Of a stretch of 64,000 nt of DNA, positions 1-13,682 are shown piece after piece; the first letter of the stretch is position 1, and each line of letters begins with the position of its first letter. The position numbers and the translations under genes are program-made. The notes beneath the pieces were generated by a model. That model saw only the letters and a list, made by a program, of their open reading frames with translations. It was not told where the DNA came from and ran no database searches. Where the stretch lies: assembly GCF_002113885.1 (NCBI RefSeq), contig NW_018408913.1:513537-577536 (forward strand), in the 5' to 3' direction. This stretch comes from Mizuhopecten yessoensis. Its lineage: Eukaryota.

Positions 1-458
1 TGGTCACAATAATGAAATATGGGGGAAAATGCAGCGATGGTTCTGATTCCAAAAGTCGATCGACCGTGAAGGTTTAAATAAAATATTGCAATCAATTGTT
101 GAATACAAAATAAGATTTCGAACATAAATATAAAATGATTGAATATTGCAACGTTTGATACGCAATATGTTCCTGTGACGTATCCTCTTGATGCGTTCAT
201 ATCAGTGATACATACCCTGTGACATGCTTGCTGAAATATACATATACACAGTACTTTCGCCGACGTTTGGAAGATTTGATGAAAACTAGATAATTAACCG
301 TGTAAATGAAACTAGCAACCATTATACATTGCATTTGGTACTTGACCTTTGTAAAGAATTCATTTACCTAAAATACTCGATAGTCAAAATTTTGTTTCCT
401 AAAACAAGACTTTTTAATACTTGTACGTTGTTAAGTAGAATTGTTCATTCCATTACAG

Positions 459-3400
459 AACCTTCCGGCAACTTACAGGATTCCTAATGGACTCCATGTA
501 GGGAAGCAGATTATCATACGAGGCAGAGTCACCTGGGGCACAGATGTGTAAGTGTGTCAATTATACCTAATATATTCTAATGTGCACAAGCAATAACAAT
601 GTTTTTCTTGAAATGAGCAATATGAAGAAATACATTTTAGAGTCAGCATCGACAATTTTACTTGCAATAGTATAATTACTGATTTTAACACATAAATAGG
701 TACATTGTATAGCATGAAGTGCATTTTCAATAGTATATGTTGAAACATATTAAACACAGGGACTGATCAAAGGAGTGTGATAAATAAAACATAACCTTAA
801 AATGAAATGAAATCTTATATGGATTGGCTTGGTAATAGTGGCTGTATATGACGAATTCCAGATTCGCCATCAACTTACAGCAAGAGGAGAACCCTACCGA
901 CGGGGAAATCGCTTTCCACTTCAACCCCCGTCCCAGTGCCAGTACGTGTGTGCGCAACTCGTTCGCCGGAGACTGGATGGAGGAGGAGACTGACCAGCCC
1001 CACTTCCCGTTCGACGATGGGATGTCCTTCCTCCTCCGTATCGAGGTCGCTGAAGACGGATTCCGGACTTACGTTCACGGCAAACCTTACATCAACTTTG
1101 CACACCGGCTGGACTACGGCAACGTGCATTACCTACACCTGACCACAGGGGTGGAGTACTATGATATCACCTTTCAAGAGAGATACGTGCGTACCTAATT
1201 TGCATATTTTTTCACTAAATTGAAGTAAAATCTATCATGGCAAAACAAATTGCAAAATCTTAACCATTCTTGACCAACAAGCGATAAGTAACGTCTTATA
1301 TCTAGTTAAAATATAATGTATGTATTTGTCCTTCACAATTTCAAAAACATGACTTGTTGAAAACAAAATTGAAATTTGATATCAATTATTTGCATTATTC
1401 TTTATGACTCATGCTTGACAAAAGGACCAGTCTGTCTTGAAACGTAGCGAGACGTCGAATACTTACACTATTGGTGCATAAAGTAACACTTTGATATTGA
1501 AAATTTCGAAACTGATAAATCTTATTGAAGATAACAGTGACATTAAATTTAAGTAATTAATTTGTGATGATTTTGTATTAGACACTGCCATACCGCACTG
1601 AGATTCCCGGTAGTATGAATGTTGGGAAGGCCGTCCGTGTCCGAGGAGCTGCCCAGGACAACGATGGGTAGGTGCTAAATGATAGAAGGACGATGGGTAG
1701 GTACGAGAGGATAGAAGGACGATGGGTAGGTATTAGATGATAGAAGGACGATGGGTAGGTACGAGATGATAGAAGGACGGTGGGGAGGTGCTAGATGATA
1801 GAAGGACGATGGATAGGTATTAGATGATAGAAGGACGATGGGTAGGTACGAGAGGATAGAAGGACGATGGGTAGGTACGAGAGGATAGAAGGACGTTGGG
1901 TAGGTATTAGATCATAGAAGGACGATGGGTAGGTACGAGATGATAGAAGGACGATGGGTAGGTACGAGAAAAAAGAAGGACGATGGGTAGGTGCTAGATG
2001 ATAGAAGGACGGTGGGTAGGTGCTAGATGATAGAATGACTATGGGTAGGTACTAGATGATTAAAGGACGATGATCCGTGCTACATTCACAACAACACGGA
2101 AAAATGTATCCATTTAATATCCTGTTAGTAGGGAGATAATATCCTGTTAGTAGGGAGATATGAAGGTATGTTTCCTTTAGTAAATCATATTTTTCGCTGA
2201 GGTTTCGAATATGTCAATTTGCCAAATGCTTAGAAACATAAGCACACTTATGATTATGATCTCAGACTTATATATTATGACATGTACACACCAGTTTGTC
2301 ATGTAATATGATTTACACACACTCATAATTAAGTATAACCGATTTTACATATGTTCCAGGTTTAGCATCAACTTCGGCTGTGATTGCGAGAATAATTCGA
2401 CGGCCTTCCACTTCAATCCGCGTCCCACAGAGGGCGTGGTCATCCGGAACGCCAACCTTGGAGGCTGGGGAGATGAGGAGAGAGACTATGAAGCTGAGTT
2501 CCCCTTTACACCCATGAACTACTTTGACGCCATGTTTGTCTGTACAGATGACCAATATGTTGTACGTATACCGACAGGTCCATCCAGTTTTACGTCACCA
2601 TCATATGGTCTAATTGTATTATTTAAATAAAAAACACTGACAAATACACTCTAATTTAAAGTTTTCGTTTAGTACCTAAGGGTTATTTAACGGGATTTTT
2701 TTTAAACGAACAAACACGTTTACAAGTTGTTACCGTTGCTTAAGGATCATAGTCTCACTAAGGTTTTTATCTGTAAGGAGTAATCTCCCCTTAACTTCCG
2801 TTTTGATATAACTGTAGAACAATTGGGGGAGGACACTTCCGTCGACCAGGTAGCTTCAATCGGTTAGAGCGATAGTTTCGCAGTGTGTAGTTCATGGTTC
2901 GAATGTGGGTTTAGCCACGAAATGTCTTTTTTTATGCTAAGAACTCTGTTGTTAATTATATCTTGTATAATTCATCTTAATCATTTCTGATAAATGTCCC
3001 GCAAACAATGGTTTTCTTTTCAGAAATGATTTATCAAAGCTGTAGTCACGACAGATATTTAGTTACAGTTTTTGGCAGTAGTACGAAGATCTTTAACAAT
3101 TTTTTCATATGGGTAATTATAACATTCACGTGTTTTGATGAAAGGTCCATGTAAATGACAAGTACTTCACTAATTTTGGCCACCGCTGTGGAGTTCCAGA
3201 CGCCAGTCATTTCCACATTCAAGGCAACATGGACATCAAGGACGTCGAGTACTACGAACCCTTGGTAAGGAATTCAAACTATTTTATCATGATATTCAAT
3301 CTTCCTCATTTCCATGCAGAAAAATAAATTGACTTTAATTTATTGATTTTGTTTCAAGGTTTTCTTTTTATTTATGAAATATTCACAATATTCTTGGTAG

Positions 3401-6167
3401 GACGACGACTTTGTGAAGGAGATTCCATGTGGTCTTGAGAAAGGAGACGTCGTCTTCTTTAAGGGGTTTATGAGGCCAGGAGGTGATACGTAAGTAACAC
3501 AACCAAGATGTTCAACTTCGTAAATAATACCATGATAAGCCTGATAGGCTGTTAATCAATCGATATTGTACAACAGATTCAGGGTTCCACTTCATTCCTT
3601 CATTGCTTCCTCTTGTAGTCAATATTCAATTCCTGCATACCTGACGTAATTTTAGGAAAAAATCTAAAAGAGACAGCAATTGTCAAACAATAGTTTATGT
3701 TAAACCTATGCATATCATCCATACGCATTAACTTCAATAACTTTTACATATTGCTTACTGAACATTTGAAATAAAAATCCGTACCCAAAGTACGACTTCT
3801 AATGAAATTGTGCCTCTTCATTCTCAAAAAAATAAATAAAAAATATATGAGGTGTTATCATAGAGGTAATTACATAATATTGTAACAAGAAATTATCAGT
3901 ATGAAAATATTGGTGTCCGTGTCATTTACAGTAAAATTGAATATGTCAATTATTTTAGTTTCTCCGTCAACCTAATGAATGGACCTTCTGCCGACGATGA
4001 CATCGCCTTTCACTTCAACCCTCGAGTGGGAGAGGGAGCGCTGGTGATGAACTGCCGGATGGGTGACTGGGGCGAGGAGGAAAGGGAAGACCTTCCTTCC
4101 TGTTTCACAAACAATGAACCATTCGAGATCAAAGTCGTAACAAAGAGCAGGAAATTCAAGGTACGATGAGTTTAGAATATCATATCAGATATTATGGAGG
4201 ACTGATTCTACTTCCGCGTGATTATATATACTTTTACCTGCCTGACCTCATAATTTGATAACTGCACTATATAAATGATGGAATTATTTTAATCGCAAAA
4301 TACATGCCCCTTGTCCTTAATGCTATTTTTGGTTTTTTTTATTCGTAATACGATATTAGCATAACAATATTTTTGACCTGGTCAACAGCTTTACGTGAAC
4401 GGTAAAAAGGTTGCCAAATTTGACGCCAGAGGACAAGTAGGCGACATCAAGGGAATCAACGTCAGAGGTGATGCCTTTATATACCAGGCCAAGCTTCAGA
4501 GGAAAATGGTGAGAATACAATAATGTTTAGGTGTTCTCATCTCATATATCATGGTTCGGACGATCATTATTGACCTGTGGATTAACGATAAAGAAAACTA
4601 TGTTCAACCAAAGATATACTTACAGAGTCACGAATATATTCAGATTCATTGATAACGACATTAAACATTCTTATTATTCAAACAATAACATATTTCAATT
4701 TGTAAGCATGCTCTAAGTGCATTCAATTCAGAAATATAGATTTCGAACCGTTAAGGATTAGAGTACCTGTCCGAATCAAGGCAAAACGCTGTTGTTTGGT
4801 GTGTTTTTTTAAATCTTTCCTCGATGAGTATGATCAATATATAAACCTTAACCTTAACCATAGGTCCATTCATCTACTGAGCCGCATACATAGTAGTAAA
4901 GGTGACTTTGGTACGGATAAATACAGCTACATATCGGTAACCCGAGCAGAGTTTGATTATCTTGATTGTTCTAGCACTAACGTTTCGACAGCTCTCTAAA
5001 TAACGGCTTTCATGGAAAGTTCAGAACCCCTTTAATACTGACAACAATCAGCAGGAACCCTATTTATAATCTTTGCTACAAGCAAGTGTGCATTTTTGAA
5101 CTCTTCCAAATCAAAGGTTGGAATTCAGGGGTGAATGGGTTAATAAAAAGTTTCAACAATGGTTTTTTTTAAGGAAAAGCCAGTAGCCATTGAGAGAATT
5201 CCGGGTGGTTTCCGTGAAGGAGGATGGGTTGTAATCCAAGGAATTCCAAAGAAAGGATCCGGAGGGTACATATCTTTTAAGAATATATTTTATGAAGCGT
5301 AGATATACGTTATATATAATTGTGTTTGATTTCTGAACATATTTGAATAAGTATTTCGTTTACAGTTATAACTCTTCTGCTTAGATAACCTAAAACACTA
5401 ATGTTTATATTTTCGAAATATATGTGTTCTTTGACTCTCTTTTCTAACTACATAATTTCAATATCTATTTGATAATTTGATGAATATCTGACCTGAACGT
5501 TTTGTGTACACTCATTGTTGAATTATTAAACGTGTGCGTAGATTTGCAGTAAACTTGACATGCGGTGATGATGACGCTGATGACATTGCCATGCACTTTA
5601 ACCCCCGATTGGAAGAGAACTGTACCATTCGAAACACGTGTACAGGAGGTGATTGGCAGGGGGAAGAAAGGGACCAACCAAGCTTCCCTTTCGAACTCAA
5701 GGACACATTTGAAATCGCCATCAATGCTCAACCAGACAAATTTGTTGTACGTAAACTACACAGAAATATACAGTTTTGTTGGAAAGCAAATTGTTAACCA
5801 GAACATGAAAGCATTAAGTACCATTTTGATTTGTCAGCTTCGGAAGTTATACGCTAAGCAAACCATTAATGCAATGCATTTCATCATGATATTATCCACA
5901 CGGAAATAAACGCAGCAGCCACTGTGTGGTAAAATTGATAAACAGAAAACGCATCGAACTTTTAACAATTATAATAACTTGTTGGTTTTATGCACAACGA
6001 AATGTAAGAGAAAACATGCAATAACATCTTATCTAAAACCTTGTACCTTTCAGACATTCGTCAATGGTCAGAGGTACGTGGAATATGCCCATCGCCTCCC
6101 GTTGGACAGCGTGTGCCACTTAAAGCTAACAGGAGATGCTGACTTCTTTGAACCAGAGTTCTTCTAA
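459..6167 (+). CDS. Quadruple-CRD galectin A (5'-partial; first coding exon lies upstream of the window). Exons: 459-547, 862-1186, 1582-1667, 2360-2561, 3145-3264, 3401-3489, 3959-4160, 4389-4508, 5174-5265, 5542-5746, 6054-6167
   Basis: Eleven GT-AG exons join in frame (1644 nt, 547 aa + TAA). There are four galectin CRD signatures: HFNPR..VRNS..WMEEET, HFNPR..IRNA..WGDEER, HFNPR..VMNC..WGEEER, HFNPR..IRNT..WQGEER. Architecture and size match the ~550-aa four-CRD galectins known from oysters and scallops (CvGal/AiGal type). Confidence 0.93.
1661..2073 (+). repeat. 29-bp minisatellite, 14 full units (consensus ACGATGGGTAGGTACGAGATGATAGAAGG), starting inside galectin A exon 1582-1667 and spanning its splice donor
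   Basis: Units start at 1661, 1690, 1719 ... 2038 with a constant 29-bp period. Confidence 0.95.
2844..2917 (+). repeat. Degenerate tRNA-derived (SINE-head-like) fragment in a galectin A intron
   Basis: A-box-like TAGCTTCAATCGG(TTAGAGC) at 2851 and B-box-like GGTTCGAAT at 2896 with tRNA-like spacing; the stems do not fold into a cloverleaf. Confidence 0.5.
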
Positions 6168-9003
6168 AACCATCGTTAGTATATCTATGTTTCAGTTATG
6201 GCGTATGCCTTGTCTGTTTCGAAATTGTGTAAAAAGGATAAACAACCAGGAAAACTGCAAATGTCTTTGTCCACTTATTGCTATCCTAACAGAAAATGCC
6301 TATAAGATGCTAGATTTTCCAATGCATATATTGTACATCTGTTTTGCGTTATATAGTTTTCCATACACGTTTTGTCTCTTTCTTCCACAGCAGACAGTCC
6401 TGCGGAAACAGCACCAGAAAAAATAGAGCAAGAAGGGAGTAGACACACTAGTGAAACAGACTTTTCAATACATTCATGCCTCTGAAAAGATAGTATGCTG
6501 CAATTATTGCATGGACATATGACTATAGATGGACACCGTTCTAGACAGAAGGAATTAAATAACAGTGTATTATATATTATGTAACAGCTATGGTGTATCT
6601 TTAAATATATCAATATGCATGTATGAAGGATAACATGTATGCGCTTTATTTTACCGACGCAATCAATGAGAGCTTAGCACAATCTGTCCGAAAAAAGGTA
6701 CTTAATGTCGTTATATCTGTGATTTATAATGTTAAATAAACTATTTTATATGACATCCGTATTTAGATTGTTTTATTTCGATATTACTGTTCTCACACAA
6801 TATATAAAAAAAAGATAATGTATCTCTCCAACGCAGAACTGCTTCGGTCACATGCATAAAACAGATGCTTTTCTTATAAACAAGTTAACACAGACAAAAA
6901 AAATCAATTTATCGGTAAAGAACATCACATTATGTGCGAAGTGTAATTTCGTTAATATCCATTCAGTTACAATATCAGTTTTGGTCCTTAAACGTTAGAT
7001 AAGTCTTGAGCCAAATCCCTTGTATCCATTTGGACAATACAACATGTTTCAAGTCAAACAACAAACGCACATTCAACGTAGGCATAACCAGAAGTTCCGG
7101 AGGTGTTTTCTACAGCACATGTGGCACTCGTTATTGTTACACCCGTCAAATCCTGGAGGTCACCAGCGATCTTAGTGAATTAGTGAGTAATCCTTTAACC
7201 AGGTAGGCACTGAAATATCCCATATCGATATAACAATATCTTAATAACGACTGTAATGTTACTTCAGCGTGAATACCTTGAACGAAAGGGTAAACAACTT
7301 TTTCTAGAGAATACAGTAGTCAACAGGACGCAATTTTCCTGATAGTTCTGGTACCTAAACCTGCTTCAGAATAGGGAATCAAGTATGGCATATACACTCA
7401 TAAAGTAGGGGAGACTGAAAGTGAAGACAAGAAATTATCATATAATTGCTGTCATTGTCTGTTGTTTATCAAAGTCTGGTAGTGAGGTGACTATTGTAAA
7501 TAAATGTTAAGATATGAAGATGAAGAAAAAAAATGTAATCTTTAATTCAAAATTCTTAACGAAAAATGAGGGCAAAGTAGTTTTTTAATGTGATATTAAT
7601 GGATCGAGTAAATAAATCATATGACCAAGTAGGGAATCATGCAATAATCCGTTCTTTGTAATGTCGCTTGTGCAGACCGGCCAAGATGGGACAGAGAGTC
7701 GGATTTCGTATCATGACATAAACCTAGATCTAGTAGTTACATCACTATCAATCTTCATGACAACGTGATGACAATAATAAAACTAGCGTTATATTTCCTT
7801 GCTTATAAGCAACATATCAATCTCCCCTGTTTTCACGATTGATTCGCCTTTATAAGTATATAATTTTCTAGATAAATGCACCCTATCCACCGAATAACTA
7901 TCTAGCCAGGGTTCTAGCGTTATAATGGAAATGTTTTGCTTACAATTAGGTTTAACTTTTTGATAAAACGAAGGATATCCCAGAAAAAAGCAAAACAACG
8001 CTAGCTAAAAGCTCGCAATGAAAAACATGTTCTACATTGAGAGATACCAGCGACACTGTTCATGAGTAAGTTGATTTCTTGATATCTAATTTATGAAGAA
8101 CATAGTGCTAGTTATAACACTAGCTTGATCGGGACAGGCTTACTAGACTCGAGTTGTGTATTCGAGGTCTAGCGAGAGATTGTATATCATGATCTGAGTG
8201 CCAAGCTGGCTATTGTTGATAAGGACTGACCATACTACAAGGGAAATGCACAGATCGAATTAGTGCGGTATTTTGTCAGCGAGGCCTGGTGAGGTAGACA
8301 TAATAGAGCGGCAGTCTATAAGTCCATGAATGTAACACAGCTGTTAAAAGGTTAGCTGGGTCCAAGACAAAGAAATGTGTACATTGGTGTAAATGTTGGG
8401 CTGAACTTCGTTGGGAATGTAAGATTTGTTTTGTTTTGAAATGTTAAAGCTTTTACGTCCTCGGAAAAGCTTATATAACATGAAAAGTGGAAAAACTGGT
8501 TAGGAGGAGAAACAAAAGAAGTGCGAATATATACAGTAGGGGCAGCTAATCAGTTGTTACTTCTTCAAATTCTCATATAAAAAGCACATAGTAGAAAACC
8601 GCTCAATTCTGTAGGGATTCACACATAAGTAGCCTCATATTATTACATACAGTTCGACCAAGGTATACTCTTTTCCCGAACCTGACGTAGAGGATAAATA
8701 TAATCATCCTTATTCCTGTCATCCGTCAGAAATCTTACACCAGTCTCGATACTAACACTGAAAACGTTAGTAATATTGTTTCTGGCCATTACGAAAAAAA
8801 TCTTATATTACTTGTCACTATACAGATCAAACTACTTTGGACGTTATGATTTGGTATAACCTTATAAAATATAACCTTAAGCAGTTAGTCCTTGGACTAG
8901 GATATTGAAATTCTTAGGGGAAAATGAGAGATCATCAACGGAGTCCGTCATGGACTCCAGGTGTTCGGTACTTTTTTTTTAGTTGTAGCATGATAAAATT
9001 ATC

Positions 9004-9312
9004 GGGGACAGCGGTGGTCAAGTGGTTAAGGCGTCCAAAGGGGTTTAAAATTCTGACTCTAAATTGAGAAATAATGAGGGTATTACTTTAAAAAGGTACA
9101 GGTATGCAACGCCTCCAATAACAACAATAAAAAGACTTTGAAATCGGCAAATATATGGATTACACTCTTCCAATTGTTATATATCGATGCCGCAAACATT
9201 ATTAGGCCCTCGCTAAACATAAATCCTTACTCACAGCTTTTAACAAGTTCTATTTCAGCTAAAATAGCTTCAAAACTTGGCATAGGACGTAAAACACAAA
9301 CAAACCAAAATA
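9004..9312 (+). mobile_element. Probable decayed tRNA-derived SINE
   Basis: 5' GGGGACAGCGGTGGTCAAGTGGTTAAGGCGTC (A-box head) and 3' GGACGTAAAACACAAACAAACCAAA simple-repeat tail; the middle is not recognisable. Confidence 0.35.
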
Positions 9313-10398
9313 AAACCAATGATAAAATCGGGACACAGCAGCACCTAGAGAGATATCTTTAGTTACGAAAAACTGATGACGCAACACAATACCAAGAGAC
9401 TATTGTGTTTAAGAAAATTAACGCCTGGGTAACACAGGTATACGGGGTCATGATGTTTTCACACGTTTACACGCAATCTATCGCTGCATCATAAAAACAA
9501 TCAAAACACCAAAATGGTTTTCTTAAAATAATTCTCGGCATATTTTATATCAAACAGAAGGGTCAACATTTTTTACAAAATCACCAAAAGTCTATCGCTT
9601 CATCGAACAACAATAAAAAAATGAAATAAATACCGAGAAACAAAATATTTCATTTGATTTTTTTTTTTGGAAAAGCAATTATAGTGATTTTTATATTGTT
9701 TAGATGCATGTTAAATACCTTAAAGGGACGTTCTGTTTTTTTGAAATGCTATTGACATGACTAATGTTGTTTCAATGCAGCGATAGACACGGTTTTACGT
9801 TAAACAAATACTGATGTTATGTACCTTTGCGGAGCGATAGCAAACACATGGGCGGAACTGTTCAAAATTGAAGTATCGCGTTAAATGCTGCAGATAAATA
9901 GTTACTGCTTATTTTGTTTTCATACAGCAGGCGTTCGGGGCAACAGGTACCCTGTAAACAGACATTAAGTCCATAGTTAATACAACATATCATTTGAGTG
10001 CGGATATATGCCTGATCATTATATTGTCTCTAGATAATATCGATGGGATGATCACATATGATTGCACACTTTATCCAACTAACAAAACTCTTAACGTATG
10101 AAGTTTACAAAAAAAAGTTTTTACAAAGTTAAAGTTGTCAGAGCTCTGTCAGCTGATACGACAAAATCCTTTTTCTGGAGAATGATTTGATATTTTGACA
10201 GCAGAGTCAATAAAACTAGATTTTAAGCTTGGGTGTTGTTGATATACAATATATCATAAATGACTGTGATTCATTGTAAATTCTAAGCTGAAGGATTATA
10301 GGTTCTCGATGTAACATCCAAACAATGTTTAAAGACAAAACTATTTCATGAAGCACAAACACTGTCTATATCATAGGAAAGATAGCGCGGTTATGAAA

Positions 10399-11460
10399 GG
10401 ATAGAAAGCAAGATTCGTAAACTCGTTCCCTCAACACTGGATAGAAAGCAAGATTCTCAAACTCGTTCCCTTAACACAGAATAGAAAGCAAGATTCTAAA
10501 ACTCGTTCCCTGAATACAGGGTCAAAAGCAAGATTCTAAAACTCGTTCCCTGAACACAGGATAGAAAGCAAGATTCTAACAATCGTTCCCTGAACACAGG
10601 ATAGAAAGCAAGATTTTAAAACTCGTTCCCTTAACACAGGATAAAAAGCAAGATTCTCAAACTCGTTCCCTTAACACAGGATAGACTGCAAAATTCTAAA
10701 ACTCGTTCCCTTAACACAAGGTAGAAAGCAAGAGTCTAAAACTCGTTCCCATTACATAGGGACAAAAGCAAGATTTTCAAACTTGTTCCCAGTACATATG
10801 CTATAATGCAGGGTTTTTCAAATCATTCTCATTACAAATGAAAGATAGCGAGGTCATCGGTCTCGTTTCCAGTACATAGGATAAAAATCAATGTTCTAAA
10901 AATCGTTCCCAGTAAATAGGGTAGATAGCGGGATTCTCGATCCCATTATCGGATCGAAAGCATGGTTCTCAAAATTGTTCCCAGTACATGGAATAGATAG
11001 CAAGGGTTATTGATCCTGTTAAACAAGATAAAAAGCAAAATTCTAAAACACGTTTCCAGTACATATACTAGGTAGCTGGGTTTCTCAAAATCGTTCCTAT
11101 TAAATAGGGATTGATAGCGAGGTTCTTAATCTCGTTTCCATTACGTGGGATAGAAAGCAAGGTTCTCAAAATCGTTCTCATTACATAGGAGAGATAGCTA
11201 GGCTCTTATCCCGTTACCATGAAATAGGATCAAAAGTATGGTTTTCAAACTCGTTCCCAGTACACATGATATATAACAAGGTTCACGTTTTCACCATGTA
11301 AGATAGAAAGCCATGTTCTAAAACCCGTTCAAATTATACCGGATCGAAAGCAATATTCTCAAACTGGTTACTATTGCATAAGATAGAAATCGTGATTCGG
11401 AAACTCGTTACCATTTCATAGGACAGAAATCATGGTTTGAAACTCGTTCTCATTACATAT
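10399..11460 (+). repeat. ~40-bp minisatellite (GGATAGAAAGCAAGATTCTAAAACTCGTTCCCTGAACACA), homogeneous at the 5' end and degenerating 3'
   Basis: Exact 40-bp period from ~10399 to ~10800; diverged units continue to ~11460. Confidence 0.9.
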
Positions 11461-12340
11461 TATGATTTTAAAGTCTAATGGGTTGGGAACGAATTAGAGA
11501 TAATTTTAGCATATGCCACCGAAGTTATATAAGTCATATTGATTAGAAAATTAATATGGAAAAGATCATATGGAAGACACATCAATTGTGACGTTACCAT
11601 GCTCATCTACAAACGTTACATACACGAGGTGTAGGTTGTGGTGATTTCCATCGCATATCACCCGGAAAATAGTTAATGGAAGATCAATCATTTACATTAG
11701 TGATTTGATAGTTCAAAGTGGTCACAGTCATCGGCAAATGTACAGGGGATAAATGGTAGGTGTTATATGTAAATTTTGTGTTTACATTGTTTTGTATGAA
11801 TAGACTTCAACACTGTGGTAACCTGTAAGACATGTTCCGGTCTCTAAGTTGTGAACAGAATAGTAATACACTGCTGTTGCTATAATCAATTACCTCATTT
11901 TGCGTAACCACTTAAACAGGCAGGAAAAGTTGTCACGAAAGACCGTCGTCGAGACACTGGATAATTGTATGTAACTTTAATTGAAAAACATTTTCTGTCT
12001 GAAAATGCTGAGGACTGTGTTTCTACTCTTAATGTCAGTGATATAATTATTCAGGTTTTGTAGTTCCCAATTTGTGAAAATAACAAACTCTTTTTAAAGT
12101 CCATGATCCAGTTCAAAGCATCATCAGCTTAACGAGGGTAAAAATAACGTTTTAAACTGAGATATTCATACTAAAATCACGTTTACAAAAACATCCTTTT
12201 GCTACTTTAAAGACTCGTTCGTCTAACCAGACTTTGACCAACAGGCATAAGGCAGAATGCAACAATTAAAAAAAAATCAAAAAAATCAGGATGTATCAGG
12301 CATGCGTTGTTATGTAAGTATTTTTCCTATAATGTACAAG
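11155..12340 (+). pseudogene. Partial duplicate of the galectin B 5' region with promoter, exon 1 and half of exon 2 deleted
   Basis: 11155-11715 aligns by eye to 13016-13944, and 11714-~12340 aligns to 14884-~15473. It includes exon-2 remnant KVVTVIGKCTGDKW and its donor TG|GTAGGT. Confidence 0.85.
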
Positions 12341-13015
12341 AATAGATACATGCTGAAATAAAGCAAAACGAATTTGAATGTATGCGATGTAAAGTGGTAC
12401 AGCCATGACAGTACCAGTTTTAACATATGAAGGTCACTGCATTTGAACCATTAACACCACTCTTTTTTTCTTTTCATAATCACAAAGTTATCATATTCTG
12501 TATATCTATATATGGAAGTATATGAATCAGATGGCTGAGCTGTACGCGTGATATTTCATCGCCCACAAATATCGTGTATTTTCTGTCGCTGAAAAATACC
12601 AGGCATGATCATGTCACTCGACTATGCCACTTAGCCAAGACGATTGCGAGCATTTTAAGAGGTATCTATTTTTTATGTGTCTAACACTTTGAATGTGATT
12701 GATTCGAATTTATAAAATCTCAAAATGTATGCATCAGAATACGAAAGTCTTTTTAAGCAATGAAAAAATTGTTTTGATTTCAGTAAAAGGTGTTTAATCT
12801 AAAATCTTTAAAGGTAGAAACATGAACGGTAAATGGACAAACGAGAATTACCAATGAGAAATCTCTTGTGATTGTACTATGGAGCTAAGGTGTGATTTTC
12901 CTTGAAATGCCATGGAATCACTATACTCTATTTAATTTTTGCACGAGTATAACATCGATTAAGCTAGCAGCTTGAACATATATAGTATACATCAAGAACT
13001 CTATGTTGTTATTGG

Positions 13016-13682
13016 GAAAGCAAGGTTCTTAAAATCGTTCTCATTACATAGGAGAGATAAGGAGGCACTTATTCTCGTTTCCATTAAATAGGATCAAAAA
13101 TATGGTTTTCAAAATCGTTCCGAGTACACATGATATTTAACAAGGTTCACAATCTCATCATGTAGGATAGAAAGCAATGCTCTAAAACCCGTTCAATTAT
13201 GCTGGATCGAAAGCAATATTCTCAAACTGGTTCTTATTACATAGAATAGAAATCGTGGTTCGGAAACTGATTCCTATAACATAGAATAGAAATCGTGGTT
13301 CGGAAACTGGTTCCTATTACATATGATAGAAATCGTGGTTCAGAAACTCGTTTTCATTGCATATAATAGAAATCATGATTCGGAAATTCGTTCCCATTAC
13401 AAAGGACAGAAATCGTGGTTCGGAAACTCGTTCCCATGATATAGGATAGAAATCGGGGTTCGGAAACTCGTGCCCATGATATAGGATAGAAATCGGGGTT
13501 CGGAAACTCGTTCCCATGATATAGGATAGAAATCGTGGTTCGGAAACTCGTTCCCAAGATATAGGATAGTAATCGTGGTTCGGAAATTCGTTCCCATTAC
13601 ATAGGACAGAAATCGTGGTTTTGAAACTCGTTCTCATTACATAGGACAGAAATAACTGTTTGAAACTCGTTCTCATTACATA
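13016..13682 (+). repeat. Second array of the 40-bp minisatellite (GGATAGAAATCGTGGTTCGGAAACTCGTTCCCATGATATA) upstream of galectin B
   Basis: 40-bp period, near-identical units from ~13240 to 13680; explains the spurious ORFs in 13317-13676. Confidence 0.92.

Noticed and set aside
1-458. First coding exon of galectin A
   Set aside because: No ATG-initiated phase-0 exon with a good donor was found; it probably lies upstream of the window.
13317-13676. Repetitive minus-strand ORFs (FPNHDFYPISWERVSEPRF..)
   Set aside because: Translations of the 40-bp minisatellite; the same peptide appears in all frames.
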